From: Gemmatimonadota bacterium
Lineage (GTDB): Bacteria > Gemmatimonadota > Gemmatimonadetes > Gemmatimonadales > GWC2-71-9
DNA length: 64,000 nucleotides
Reading direction: 5' to 3'
NCBI GenBank assembly: GCA_025357945.1
Contig: JANYLJ010000019.1
Span: forward strand, 8,668 to 72,667
Shown in pieces: positions 29,660 to 39,111 of the stretch. The notes under the pieces were generated by a model. That model was not told the DNA's origin and ran no database searches. It saw nothing but the letters and a program-made list of their open reading frames with translations. Both the position numbers and the translations under genes were made by a program. Numbering within the stretch: position 1 is the first letter of the stretch; each line of letters starts with the position of its first letter.

Positions 29660-30732
29660 AGACGGAGGACCCGATGTCGGTACCAGTAGCGGCACTGTTC
29701 GCAGCCGCGATCTATCAGGTCCGCTCCTCACTCTCTGACGCCGAGGAAGTCGACCGCACGGTGGGCCTGTTGATCCGGGCCACTGAGGGCGCCGCCGTGA
29801 ACTTTGAAGTGTTCGGCGACGACCTGCGGATCAACGGCACCCCGCTCTCGCTCGAAGCCCCCGGCACCGCCGTGATCCGACATGCGCTGGTGGACCATCA
29901 CACGGCCCGCCTCACGCTGCCACCGGCACTCACGACGAGCCAGTGGCGCGACGTCGTCGAGCTGTACGCCTCGGCGCCCGGCCTCTACGGCTCGGTGGAT
30001 GATCTCCGCGATGTACTGCGGTTCACCGTTCACGAAGCCGTTGTTGCCGGCAGCAGTGGAGCGGCGGCCGAAGGGGATCTGCGCCAATCCCTGTTCGAGC
30101 TTCCTGGCCTGCGCGGGGGCTCGTCGAGTCTCGACCCGGCACGCGTCACCGATCCGCACAAGGTGGCGCTCGCCGAACTCACCGCCCAGCTGGACCCGTT
30201 GCTGCAGGCGGCGGAACGCGCGCGCGGCCGCGCGGACTATCACGGACTGGCAGAGACGTTGTTGCAGATTCACGACTTGGCGCAAGACAAGGACAGCGAA
30301 CTGCGCGCTATCGTCGTACGGGAGCGTCGTCGCGTCGTGCCCGCTGACGTCCTCGACACCATGGCGCGCCTGATCCCGAAGCCTGGCTCCCCCGCGATCA
30401 TCTCCCGGGCCCTGGGCATCCTCAGCCACGACGGCGCCGCGGCACTCCTCGGCGCGCTCAACGGAGCACCGGGGCCGCACGAACGCCGCGCATACATCGA
30501 TGCGCTCGTTGCCTGTCGCGATTGCGACGCGACGATCGTCGAAGCCTTGGGCAACGAGCGCACCGAGCTGGTCCGAGACGCCGCTGAAGTAGTCGGGCGC
30601 AAGCGGATGGTACTGGCGGTGCCGCTCCTCGCCCATCTGCTTCGCCATGCCAAGGTCGACGTCCGAACCACCGCGTGGCACGCCCTGGAAATGATCGGCA
30701 CCCCGGAAGCGATGCGGGCGCTTCGTGCCTAG
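29656..30732 (+). CDS. HEAT-repeat protein
   Basis: C-terminal HEAT/PBS repeats (VRDAAEVVG, VRTTAWHALEMIG). Confidence 0.8.
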   Translation: MKTEDPMSVPVAALFAAAIYQVRSSLSDAEEVDRTVGLLIRATEGAAVNFEVFGDDLRINGTPLSLEAPGTAVIRHALVDHHTARLTLPPALTTSQWRDVVELYASAPGLYGSVDDLRDVLRFTVHEAVVAGSSGAAAEGDLRQSLFELPGLRGGSSSLDPARVTDPHKVALAELTAQLDPLLQAAERARGRADYHGLAETLLQIHDLAQDKDSELRAIVVRERRRVVPADVLDTMARLIPKPGSPAIISRALGILSHDGAAALLGALNGAPGPHERRAYIDALVACRDCDATIVEALGNERTELVRDAAEVVGRKRMVLAVPLLAHLLRHAKVDVRTTAWHALEMIGTPEAMRALRA

Positions 30733-30760
30733 CGCGTGGCGTGGCGGTTAGCTTTTCGCC

Positions 30761-31528
30761 ATGCCCGCCGCGTTGACAGCGCTTCGCAATGTGATCGCCG
30801 CCCTCTGGACCTGGTTCGTGCTCGCAGCCTGCCTCCTCCTGTTCATGCCGGTCATCTTGCTGTGGCGCATCGTCGGTTGGCCGTTTGACCGGATGAACTA
30901 CGTCGGTGGGCGGCTCTTCCGGCAGGCCGGTGCGATGACTGTGCGCCTGACGCCGCGCTGGCATTTTGCCGTGCGTGGCACGTTGCCGTCAAACCCGCGA
31001 TTGCCCTACATCGTCGTTGCCAACCATGAATCCTTTGCCGACATGCTCCTGCTCTGCCTCCTCCCGTGGGAGATGAAGTGGCTCAGCAAGATCGAGATCA
31101 TGTGGATCCCGGTGCTTGGTTGGTCGATGTGGGGAGCACGAGATGTCGGCGTGAAGCGTGGTCGGGCGACGAGCGCCAAGCTGGCAATGGCGGCGTGCCG
31201 TGAACGGCTCGCCCACCATGTGTCGGTGATCTTCTTCCCCGAAGGAACCCGGTCGCCAACCCGCGAGCTGCTGCCGTTCAAGGATGGCGCGTTTCGACTC
31301 GCAATAGAAACCGGCGTCCCGATCCTGCCACTCGCGATTCACGGCACGCGCAACGCGATTGCGCGGCACGATTGGCGGATCAATGCTGCGACCGCGGTGG
31401 TCGAGGTGCTGGAGCCGATTCCGACGGCCGGCGTTAATCAGCAGGAGCTGAAGCAGCAAGTGAGGGCGACTATCGAGACGGCGCGGGCGAGGTTGCGGGC
31501 CAGCCAGCCGTCAGCGCCTAGCGTCTAG
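30761..31528 (+). CDS. Lysophospholipid acyltransferase (PlsC family)
   Basis: NHES..D, FFPEGTRS, PFKDGAF. Confidence 0.93.
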   Translation: MPAALTALRNVIAALWTWFVLAACLLLFMPVILLWRIVGWPFDRMNYVGGRLFRQAGAMTVRLTPRWHFAVRGTLPSNPRLPYIVVANHESFADMLLLCLLPWEMKWLSKIEIMWIPVLGWSMWGARDVGVKRGRATSAKLAMAACRERLAHHVSVIFFPEGTRSPTRELLPFKDGAFRLAIETGVPILPLAIHGTRNAIARHDWRINAATAVVEVLEPIPTAGVNQQELKQQVRATIETARARLRASQPSAPSV

Positions 31529-31560
31529 CGTCTAGCACCCAGCTCCTAGCGCCTAACTCA
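31512..31560. repeat. Tandem heptamer array (YAGCGYC)x~7 between convergent genes
   Basis: CAGCGCC TAGCGTC TAGCGTC TAGCACC CAGCTCC TAGCGCC TAACTCA. Confidence 0.75.
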
Positions 31561-32010
31561 CCGCTGCGCGTAGACCTTCGAGTGTCCCTGCGCATCAAAC
31601 GAATAGATGGTGTAGTGCTGGCCCGGCATGTCCATCCCCGGCGCACTCGCCGGCATGCCGGGTGCGGCGAGTCCCTTCACCCCTGCCGGTTTCTCCACCA
31701 ACAGCTTCTTGACCAGGTCTGCCGGCACATGTCCCTCGATCACGTACCCGCCGACGAACGCCGTGTGGCATGATTCCAGTTCCTTCGTGACGCCGTTGGC
31801 GCGCTTGAGCGCGGTGAACTCGTCCTGGTTATCCACGGTGACCGTGAATCCGGCCTTTTGGATGTATTCGGTCCACTTGGCACAGCAACCGCACGAGCGT
31901 GACTTCACGACACGCATCGCCGGCAGTGGAGTGGACCCGCTCCGCCACGCCGTGAGCGTCACACCGGCGATGAGAACGATGACGGCGACACTGGAACGCA
32001 GCTTCAACAT
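31558..32010 (-). CDS. DUF411 (CopG-like) periplasmic metal-binding protein
   Basis: CGCC..W, SCHTA, YVIEGHVP, GLAAPGMP. Confidence 0.92.
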   Translation of the reverse strand: MLKLRSSVAVIVLIAGVTLTAWRSGSTPLPAMRVVKSRSCGCCAKWTEYIQKAGFTVTVDNQDEFTALKRANGVTKELESCHTAFVGGYVIEGHVPADLVKKLLVEKPAGVKGLAAPGMPASAPGMDMPGQHYTIYSFDAQGHSKVYAQR

Positions 32011-32039
32011 GTGAACCTCTGAGACGTGAGAGGGGAAAA

Positions 32040-32094
32040 GTAAGAGGGAGCGCCCGGTCACCGGGGCCCCCTCTTACCGCTTACCTGTTACCGG
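32040..32094 (-). terminator. Hairpin with heptamer tail downstream of the coiled-coil lipoprotein gene
   Basis: GTAAGAGGG..CCCGG/CCGGG..CCCTCTTAC then TTACCGC TTACCTG TTACCGG. Confidence 0.55.
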
Positions 32095-32103
32095 AGGCGC
32101 TTC

Positions 32104-33009
32104 TCAGTCACGCACCAGGATCAGGTACTTCCCTGCATCCCAGAACGACGGCGACGTCACATGCAGGTCACCCTTCAGCCGGCCGTCGCGGAGTACATTC
32201 GTGGTCAGGTACGTCGGGCTCTGCCGGGTGACAATCTTGTATTCCTTGGTCGGCTCCGGCACGGTCAGCACCGTATCGCGGCGACGATCGAGTCGCTGGA
32301 ACAACTCGGGCTTGAGTTCGCGTGCCGGCTCGATGGTCTTGGCACCGAACACCAGGAACTTGGTCCCTTCGCTCACGACGATGCCGCGCTTGAGCAACTC
32401 GTCCTTGGTACCAACCGCGTAGTACACCGTGTTGTCCTGATCGATCACGTGAGCCAGCGTGTCCTTCACGGCGGCCTTCTCGGTGCTGAGCACTGCCGAT
32501 TCCTGCGTCAGCGTGTCGACCCGGCCCGCCAGCGTGGTGATCTGCTGCTTCTGCTGGGTGATCATCGCTTCCTGCTGCAGCGCGGCAGCCTTGAGGCCAT
32601 CGATCGTTGCCTGGAACGAGTTGAGTTGATCAGTCAGCATCTTCTTCTCGGTCGCGTGCGCCGTCGACATCGACGCGATCCGCTTCTTGCCGGCGGTGAC
32701 GGCCTGCTCGGCGGCGTTGAGGCGCGCGAGTACTTCGCGAACCTTGCCAAGCATCACCGCGCGATCTTCGGCCTTGCCGCTCAGGGGGCGATCGCCGGTC
32801 GAGACCGGGCTCACGCCGAGACCCTTCACGGCAACGAGATCCGAGTTGATGTCGGCCATCATCTGGGTGGTCGCCAGCACGTCGGTGACAAGCGAGTCCT
32901 TCTCCTGCGTGACCCGCTGCTGCTCGAGCACCAGGTCGTCATACTTCTTCTTGCTAACGCAGCCCGCGAGTGCGCCAGCGCCGAGCAGGGCCAAAATTGT
33001 CTTCCGCAT
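32104..33009 (-). CDS. Coiled-coil lipoprotein, hypothetical
   Basis: GGAGG RBS; lipobox LAGC; long heptads; C-terminal YYAVGTKDEL domain. Confidence 0.8.
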   Translation of the reverse strand: MRKTILALLGAGALAGCVSKKKYDDLVLEQQRVTQEKDSLVTDVLATTQMMADINSDLVAVKGLGVSPVSTGDRPLSGKAEDRAVMLGKVREVLARLNAAEQAVTAGKKRIASMSTAHATEKKMLTDQLNSFQATIDGLKAAALQQEAMITQQKQQITTLAGRVDTLTQESAVLSTEKAAVKDTLAHVIDQDNTVYYAVGTKDELLKRGIVVSEGTKFLVFGAKTIEPARELKPELFQRLDRRRDTVLTVPEPTKEYKIVTRQSPTYLTTNVLRDGRLKGDLHVTSPSFWDAGKYLILVRD

Positions 33010-33179
33010 ATGGATCCTCCGTTGGTCGGGTCGACGCACTATTAGACGATTGGCGCCCCGAACGATGCACAGGCGGCCGCCGATCGGCCAGCCCCAGGCC
33101 GTCCGGGTCCTTCCGGTCCCCGACCCGGATCTCGTGCCGGCGGCGGCGACTTCCGGCTTTGGAACGGCCGGATCTGGCC

Positions 33180-33656
33180 GTGCGCAACCCCGGCGTGCCC
33201 GGCCACGTACATCGGAGGACGGCGCCTCGCGCGCCCCAGCAGATCATCGCCCCCGACGTACCGGTGTTGGAGGGGCTCCCCCATGCGGTCCGGATCGGCT
33301 CCACCGTTTACGTCTCGGCGATCGTCCCGCTCGACTCCACTGGCACGCTGATCGGCGCGGGCGACCTCGCCGTCCAAACCCGGCAAGTCCTCGCCAATCC
33401 TGGCGCGGTCATGCGTGCCGCCAGGGGAGTGCCGGGAGACGTCGTCCGGGCCACTGTGTATGTGCGTGACCTGACGCCGGCGAAGGTCGCCGTAATCCGG
33501 CGGGAGGTCCTCGAGGGCCGCGATCATGCCGCACCCCCCGCCCTCACCGTCGTGGGCGTGAGTGCCTTTGCGGAACCCGGCATTGAGGTGATGATCGAGG
33601 CGACCGGACAGCTGCGAAGCGACTATCCGGACAAGAGCCGGCTGGGGAAGCCCTGG
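33180..33656 (+). pseudogene. RidA/YjgF-family gene lacking a normal stop codon and a clear start
   Basis: HAVRIGSTVYVS, QTRQVL.N, DVV..TVYV, VMIEA; frame runs on to 33965 through the antisense of the VOC gene. Confidence 0.55.
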
Positions 33657-33659
33657 CGG

Positions 33660-34025
33660 CTACTCGTCCTTCTCCTGCCAGAGCTCGATCCGGTTCCCTT
33701 CCGGATCGTCGAACCAGGCGTAGTCACCGTCGGCCGTTTCCTGGCGTTCGTCAACGGTGACACCGAGGTCGACGAGCTGCTCGACGAAGTCGTCCAGGTT
33801 GGCGACGCGCCAGGTGATCTCGACCAATCGGCGGTCGTGGCCCAGCGGATGCTTGGTCTGATGGATGGCGAACGCCGCGTTGCCCAGCTCGCACCACCAC
33901 TCATGGCTTCCCGGCTCCCGAGTGAAGAAGATGCCGAGATGTTTTTCGTACCACTGGGCGAGTGAGTCGGCGTGATCGGCGAAGAGCACCACACCACCGA
34001 TCCCGTCTACGGTCTGCCGTTCCAT
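33660..34025 (-). CDS. VOC/glyoxalase family protein
   Basis: GIGGV, L.QWYEKHLG, WFDDPEGNRIELWQ. Confidence 0.9.
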   Translation of the reverse strand: MERQTVDGIGGVVLFADHADSLAQWYEKHLGIFFTREPGSHEWWCELGNAAFAIHQTKHPLGHDRRLVEITWRVANLDDFVEQLVDLGVTVDERQETADGDYAWFDDPEGNRIELWQEKDE

Positions 34026-34049
34026 TCAGTTGCTCCAGGCTCGAGGTCG

Positions 34050-34571
34050 TCAGTTACAGCGCACGGTGTCGGGGCGCGCACGGGTGGTAATTCGAAAGCC
34101 GGTCGGTGAACTGGGCACGGCGATCGCGACCGCAGGCGCGGTGAGCTCCTGTGTGACGCCACACCCCGCAGGGGGAGTGAACGCCGTGATGCCGATGAGT
34201 GCCGTGTCTCCGACAACGTGACCTTCGTCGAGCGCCAATCGGTAGCCACCCGTTGGGCGGCTCCCCGACGCCACGATGACTACGCGGTACTTGGCAAAAT
34301 CGATCGCGGGAAGCGCCGGTCGCAGCGACGGCGCGGGAAACAGCTGCATCCACGCGCCGCGAAACGCTGCCGAATCTCGATAGACAAGGGTTTGCGGCGC
34401 GCTCCAATTGCTCCGCGGGCTGTGTCCGAGTTCCGAGGCGTGCCATGGGAAAGTGGCGACGGCGACCGTCACTACCAACAGTGCGGAGCGCCGGCAGGTT
34501 TGGCCCGCCCGGCGCAACTGCGGCGCCGTATGCGCGGCCAAACCGACCCATTCTCGCACTATGCGCGTCAT
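34050..34571 (-). CDS. PrcB C-terminal domain protein
   Basis: P.IDF....V.V..G.RPTGGY, VTQ.LT.P; start uncertain (ATGA overlap used). Confidence 0.72.
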   Translation of the reverse strand: MTRIVREWVGLAAHTAPQLRRAGQTCRRSALLVVTVAVATFPWHASELGHSPRSNWSAPQTLVYRDSAAFRGAWMQLFPAPSLRPALPAIDFAKYRVVIVASGSRPTGGYRLALDEGHVVGDTALIGITAFTPPAGCGVTQELTAPAVAIAVPSSPTGFRITTRARPDTVRCN

Positions 34572-35104
34572 GCGGCCCATTTGTTCCGCGTCCGGAGATT
34601 GGCGATGTGCGCCACGTGATGCGTGCTGTGCCAGGAGTACAGTGCCGCCGCCTGCCACAGGGTCATCGTGCGGCCATGTTCGGGGTGCACGAAGCCACGC
34701 TGCCATTCCGCCGATGTCATCGTATCGATCAGCGCAATCAAGCGGTTGTGCAGGCCGTCGAGAAGGCCAAGGGACGGAGCGACCGGCAACGTGCGGGCAT
34801 CAGGGAGTTCGGCCCAGAGCGCTTGGAGGTACGGCTTGATCGTCGGCGCATCTTCGGTCAGCGCGAGCCGGAAACGACAGTATGCATTCAGGTGTGAATC
34901 GGCGACGTGATGCACCGTCTGCCGAACGGTCCAGCCGCCGTCGCGATATGGGGTGTCGAGTTGCTCGTCGGTGAGCCCGCTGACCGCCGCGCGCATTCGC
35001 GCCGGCAGCTCGGCCAGGTCGGTGCGCCAGCGTGGCACGTCGGCAGGATTCCACGCCACCGGGGCCGCGAATTTTCCAACGGGGTAGCGCAGGTCTTCGG
35101 TCAC
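34568..35104 (-). CDS. YfiT/BstA-family DinB metal-dependent thiol transferase
   Basis: LRYPVGKF, LDTPYRDGGWTVRQ.VHHVADSH, YSWH..HH. Confidence 0.92.
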   Translation of the reverse strand: MTEDLRYPVGKFAAPVAWNPADVPRWRTDLAELPARMRAAVSGLTDEQLDTPYRDGGWTVRQTVHHVADSHLNAYCRFRLALTEDAPTIKPYLQALWAELPDARTLPVAPSLGLLDGLHNRLIALIDTMTSAEWQRGFVHPEHGRTMTLWQAAALYSWHSTHHVAHIANLRTRNKWAA

Positions 35105-35209
35105 GGCGTTCTCCTTCCGTGGGTGTCAGGTCACGGGTCGGTTTGGCTGCATCCCGCGCCGCAGTCGTATCGGGAGGCCATACCGAGCGCCGGCCTGACG
35201 CGCGACACA

Positions 35210-36340
35210 CTACGGTGAAACCGGTCGCCCGACGATCCGCTGCCAACCGGCCGGATCGGTGGCACCCTCGGTGGACCAGACCAGTACTCGTGAATCCAAT
35301 CCCAATCCAATATGCCTGCGGACGGCTTCATACGCCGGATCCTGCATTAAGGCCATCAGCCCGGCGACGCTGGCAGCACCCGACTCGCCCGAAACGATCA
35401 CCGGCTCATCAGGCCCCGGCGTTGCCAAGCGACGCATTGCCCGCTCCGCCCACAGATCGGGAATGGCGACGAACGCATCGACACTCCGCCGAAGCACTTC
35501 GAACGCTGTCGTGGACGGATAGCCGCAGTTGAGCCCCGCCATGATGGTACGGAGCGAACCGGTCGCTCGGGTCGGGGCGCCCGCGCGCACGGACTCGAGC
35601 ACGCACGCCGCGTCGGTCGGTTCGACGACAACGAGCCGCGGCCGTCGTGCCCCGTACCGGTGCCAATAGTACTGTACCATCGCCGCGGGCCAGGTACCCA
35701 CGCCGGCGTGCAACAACACGATATCGATCTCGGCGCGCTCAGCGCCATGCACCGCCGGCTCGAGTTCGCGGGCCATCGTCCAGTACCCCGCGCCGATCCA
35801 GGCCGGCACGTCGCGGTAACTGTCGGTGGCAATGTCCTGAATCACAATCCAGCCATGGCTTGCCGCGGCATTCAGCGCGAGTTGGACAGCGGCATCATAC
35901 CCTTCGTCCACCAGCACCACCTTGGCGCCTTCGTTCTGGATCGCTGCGACCCGCGCAGGAACCGAGTACGTCGGCATGAAGATCACGGCACGAAACCCAA
36001 GCTGCCGCGCCATCCAGGCGACGGCGCGGCCGTGGTTGCCGTCAGTTGCGGTCGTGAACACCGCTGCGTCGGCCACCTCGTGCGTTGCCAGCCAGTGGTG
36101 CATCGCGAACGATGGGCCGAGCCCCTTGAAGGCGTTGAGCCCGAATCGCGACGATTCATCCTTGAGTAGCAGTGAGGCGAGCCCAAGTTCATGCGCGAAT
36201 TGATCGAGTCGGCGGAGTGGGGTCGGGGCGTAGTGTCGGAAGGAGCGGTGAAACGCCCAAGCGAGGTCGGCGAGTGCCGCGATTTCGGTGATGCCGGGGG
36301 GAGGCACCGGGTCGCCGATCAGCACGAACGGACCGTTCAC
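35210..36340 (-). CDS. dpaL: Diaminopropionate ammonia-lyase family PLP enzyme
   Basis: KDESSRFGLNAFK, ATDGNHG, TIMAGLNCG, SGESGAA, STEGATD. Confidence 0.88.
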   Translation of the reverse strand: MNGPFVLIGDPVPPPGITEIAALADLAWAFHRSFRHYAPTPLRRLDQFAHELGLASLLLKDESSRFGLNAFKGLGPSFAMHHWLATHEVADAAVFTTATDGNHGRAVAWMARQLGFRAVIFMPTYSVPARVAAIQNEGAKVVLVDEGYDAAVQLALNAAASHGWIVIQDIATDSYRDVPAWIGAGYWTMARELEPAVHGAERAEIDIVLLHAGVGTWPAAMVQYYWHRYGARRPRLVVVEPTDAACVLESVRAGAPTRATGSLRTIMAGLNCGYPSTTAFEVLRRSVDAFVAIPDLWAERAMRRLATPGPDEPVIVSGESGAASVAGLMALMQDPAYEAVRRHIGLGLDSRVLVWSTEGATDPAGWQRIVGRPVSP

Positions 36341-36636
36341 GCCAGAGTCCAGCTCTGCAGCTGCTCCCAGGTCTCCCGTGACAGCGCGACACCGTCGGGA
36401 AAGTGCTGGTGAAAGTGGCCACGCATCCGGTCGGCGTGTTCGGTGAGATAGCGATCAAGCTGCGGCTGGGACGCCGCTTGATATACGGTTCGAAAGCGGC
36501 CATCGGAGCGGTCGAAATGGATGGCGACAAAACAGCCGGTATCGAGCATGTGCGGAATGTGGGTATTCCGCATCCACTGCTCGAGTGCCGGCGCGTTGCT
36601 CTCGGAGCACTCGAGGGTGACTTCGTAGCGTATCAC
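36337..36636 (-). CDS. DUF4286 family protein
   Basis: YEVT, WMR.THIP.ML.TGCF, L.RY...HA..MR. Confidence 0.8.
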   Translation of the reverse strand: MIRYEVTLECSESNAPALEQWMRNTHIPHMLDTGCFVAIHFDRSDGRFRTVYQAASQPQLDRYLTEHADRMRGHFHQHFPDGVALSRETWEQLQSWTLA

Positions 36637-36670
36637 GGCGTGAAGCTGTGGGTCGGGGTCATGCCGCAAC

Positions 36671-37147
36671 TTAATGCCGAACCGGTGCCTCCGCCTCACG
36701 CAGAAATGCGATAAAGTCTGTTGCCAAGGGGGTGCCTCCCGCTTGCCGGACCCCGAGCGCCACCTGCCCGCGGTGATACATCCCGTGCATCACGACGTGG
36801 TGCAGGATCGCTTCCACCGTGTTGGTGAATGACGCGCCCGTGGTGTTGGTATAGCTGATCGTCCGGGCCAGTTCGCCTGGCGTGAGCGACGTCGCGAGCG
36901 CGCGAAGTCCAGCGTGATTGCGTTCAGCCAATGCCTGGCAGCCGGCGACATCGAGCTCTGGCCAAGGCGAAACGTCGGCGGGCGCGCCGTTGATCCGCGC
37001 CAACCACACCGCCTCCGCACCGACGATGTGGGCGTACCGCCTGGCCAGGTCACCGTCAGGCGTCGCGAGTGACGCGAGCGCGCGTGCGGTCCGCTCGTCC
37101 GCCCAGAGGAGGTGGTTGAGCAAGCGAGCGAGCATCGGATCAGGCAT
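36671..37147 (-). CDS. DinB family protein
   Basis: WAD.R, HIVGAE.VWL.RI, HVVMHG.YHRGQ. Confidence 0.9.
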   Translation of the reverse strand: MPDPMLARLLNHLLWADERTARALASLATPDGDLARRYAHIVGAEAVWLARINGAPADVSPWPELDVAGCQALAERNHAGLRALATSLTPGELARTISYTNTTGASFTNTVEAILHHVVMHGMYHRGQVALGVRQAGGTPLATDFIAFLREAEAPVRH

Positions 37148-38312
37148 CGAGCACCTGCGCCGCAACCTGATCGAGTGCCTCGCCCGACGCCGCCGTCCCC
37201 TGCGCCACCCGCGGTGACCCACCACCCCGGCCGCCCACCGTCGCGAGCGCCGGCTTGAGCCTCGCCCCGGCATCGATGCCGCTGTCGTTGCTGGTCGCGA
37301 CGTAGATCGCCGGTGGCGACCGGCCAATCACCACCAGAAGCGCCCGCTCGAGCGGCACGGTCGCCTGCACCATCGCGCGCAACAGGGCCGCCGATTCCTC
37401 CTGGCCACGATGCGCGATCCGCCGCACACCATCAGTGCCGGGAGCAGTCGCCTGGTACAGCGCGCGAACGCGCGATACCGCGACCTCCTGCTCCAGCTTG
37501 ACCACCTGCTCGCGCGTCACCTTCGACTCCAGCTGTCGCGCCGGCACCAGCGTCTCGAGGTCGCCGACCGCACAGCCGAGTTCGCGCGCAAGCGCCGTGA
37601 GTGTGCTGTCGCTCGCGCGGGCGCGCGTCAGCACGCGTTCGCCGGCCAGAAAACCGACGCGGCTGTTGCCGCGCACGCTCTCGACGCCGAGCAACAGCAC
37701 CGAACCGATTTCGCTGGTGCGCGACACGTGGGTACCGCCACAGGCACTGCGATCGATGTCGGTGATCGTGACCACGCGAATCTCGCCAGTGCGCCCCGAC
37801 GTCTTGCGCAACCCGGCCTGATCCGCAGCTGCCGCGTCTTCAAAGCTGACTGTCACCGCCCGTGCTTCCGCCACCACGTCATTCGCCCATCGTTCCAGTT
37901 CGGTGAGTTGTCGATCGGAGATTGATGCAGTCGCGAACTCGATTGTCGAGTGTTCCGCGCCGAAGTGCACGCTGACGGTTTCCCACTTCAGGTGGTCCGC
38001 CGCCAGTGCCGAGAGAAGATGCTGCGCGCTGTGCTGTTGCATGTGGTCGCGGCGCCGCACCGCGTCCACCGCCCCGCGAACCGGCCCGAGTGGCACCGGT
38101 GCACTGGTGACATGGATGATTCGATCCGCTGCATCGATGACGTCAACGACGCGTGCCGCGCCGAGCCCGCCGATGTCGTGCAGTTGTCCGCCGGACGTGG
38201 GATAGAACGCGGTGCGATCGAGGACGACATGCTGCGCGTCGCCCACGTGTTCCATCACGTTGGCCTGGAAATCGAGCAACGTGGCGTCGCGGTAGTAGAG
38301 CCGTTCCGTCAC
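37140..38312 (-). CDS. AlaX-L alanyl-tRNA editing protein with DHHA1 domain
   Basis: LDRTAFYPTSGGQ..D.G, HSAQH, CGGTH, GRGGG. Confidence 0.92.
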   Translation of the reverse strand: MTERLYYRDATLLDFQANVMEHVGDAQHVVLDRTAFYPTSGGQLHDIGGLGAARVVDVIDAADRIIHVTSAPVPLGPVRGAVDAVRRRDHMQQHSAQHLLSALAADHLKWETVSVHFGAEHSTIEFATASISDRQLTELERWANDVVAEARAVTVSFEDAAAADQAGLRKTSGRTGEIRVVTITDIDRSACGGTHVSRTSEIGSVLLLGVESVRGNSRVGFLAGERVLTRARASDSTLTALARELGCAVGDLETLVPARQLESKVTREQVVKLEQEVAVSRVRALYQATAPGTDGVRRIAHRGQEESAALLRAMVQATVPLERALLVVIGRSPPAIYVATSNDSGIDAGARLKPALATVGGRGGGSPRVAQGTAASGEALDQVAAQVLDA

Positions 38313-39109
38313 ATCAGCTCGACGGCATCGCCGACGTGGAGCACACCCGTGCCGCGCGGCACGATGTTCTGCCCGAAGATGGCACCGAGACCGGGGATGG
38401 TGCGGAAGGTGGCGAGTGTGCGCAGTGGTTCCTGTCGCGCGTGGCGCGCGCCCGTGATCTGGTCGGTGGTGGTGACCACGCAGCGGGCACACGGCTTGAC
38501 GGCGTCGCAGTCGAGCGGCCCAAGCGTCATCGCCATCCAGTCGTCTTCACTCCATGCCGGCGCGCCGCTGATCACCACGCTGGGCCGGAACCGCTCCATC
38601 GGCGCCGGTTCGGCGAGGCGCGCGTTCAGGTCATCGAGCGATTCCTGCAATGCCGCCATGATCGGGTAGCCATCGGTAAACGCTGTTTCGGCCGCAGCGA
38701 GTAACGAATATTCCGGATCGATCGGGTTTCGTGCCTGGCTGCCGAACGCGACGAGCCGGCAGGGTGCACCGATCGCGGCGGAGAACCAGCGCGCCGCTGC
38801 GTCGCCCTGATCGGCAGCCATGATGCCGTGATCCCGCCAGACCCGCACTTCGCGCGGCGATCCATCAGGATCGATCGGGAGCTGGATCGATTCGCGGCCC
38901 GGTGCGGCCACCATGAGGGCACCGCCCTCAAGCGCCGGCACCAGTGTCGCCAGCGCGGCAACTTCTCGCTGGCTGATGAACCGATTCTCTGCATCGACCA
39001 GCATCAGGCGCCGATCGCCGACAAGACCGAGCCGATCGACCGCGGTGGCCGCGAGCGGCACACCGCGACATCCCTTGATCGGATAGATATTGAGAGCGGT
39101 GATGCGCAT
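38309..39109 (-). CDS. MOSC domain protein (YcbX/mARC-like)
   Basis: IYPIKGCRG, DRR.MLVD, FTDGYP, RFRP, ED.W, KPCARC. Confidence 0.93.
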   Translation of the reverse strand: MRITALNIYPIKGCRGVPLAATAVDRLGLVGDRRLMLVDAENRFISQREVAALATLVPALEGGALMVAAPGRESIQLPIDPDGSPREVRVWRDHGIMAADQGDAAARWFSAAIGAPCRLVAFGSQARNPIDPEYSLLAAAETAFTDGYPIMAALQESLDDLNARLAEPAPMERFRPSVVISGAPAWSEDDWMAMTLGPLDCDAVKPCARCVVTTTDQITGARHARQEPLRTLATFRTIPGLGAIFGQNIVPRGTGVLHVGDAVELM

Positions 39110-39111
39110 GG

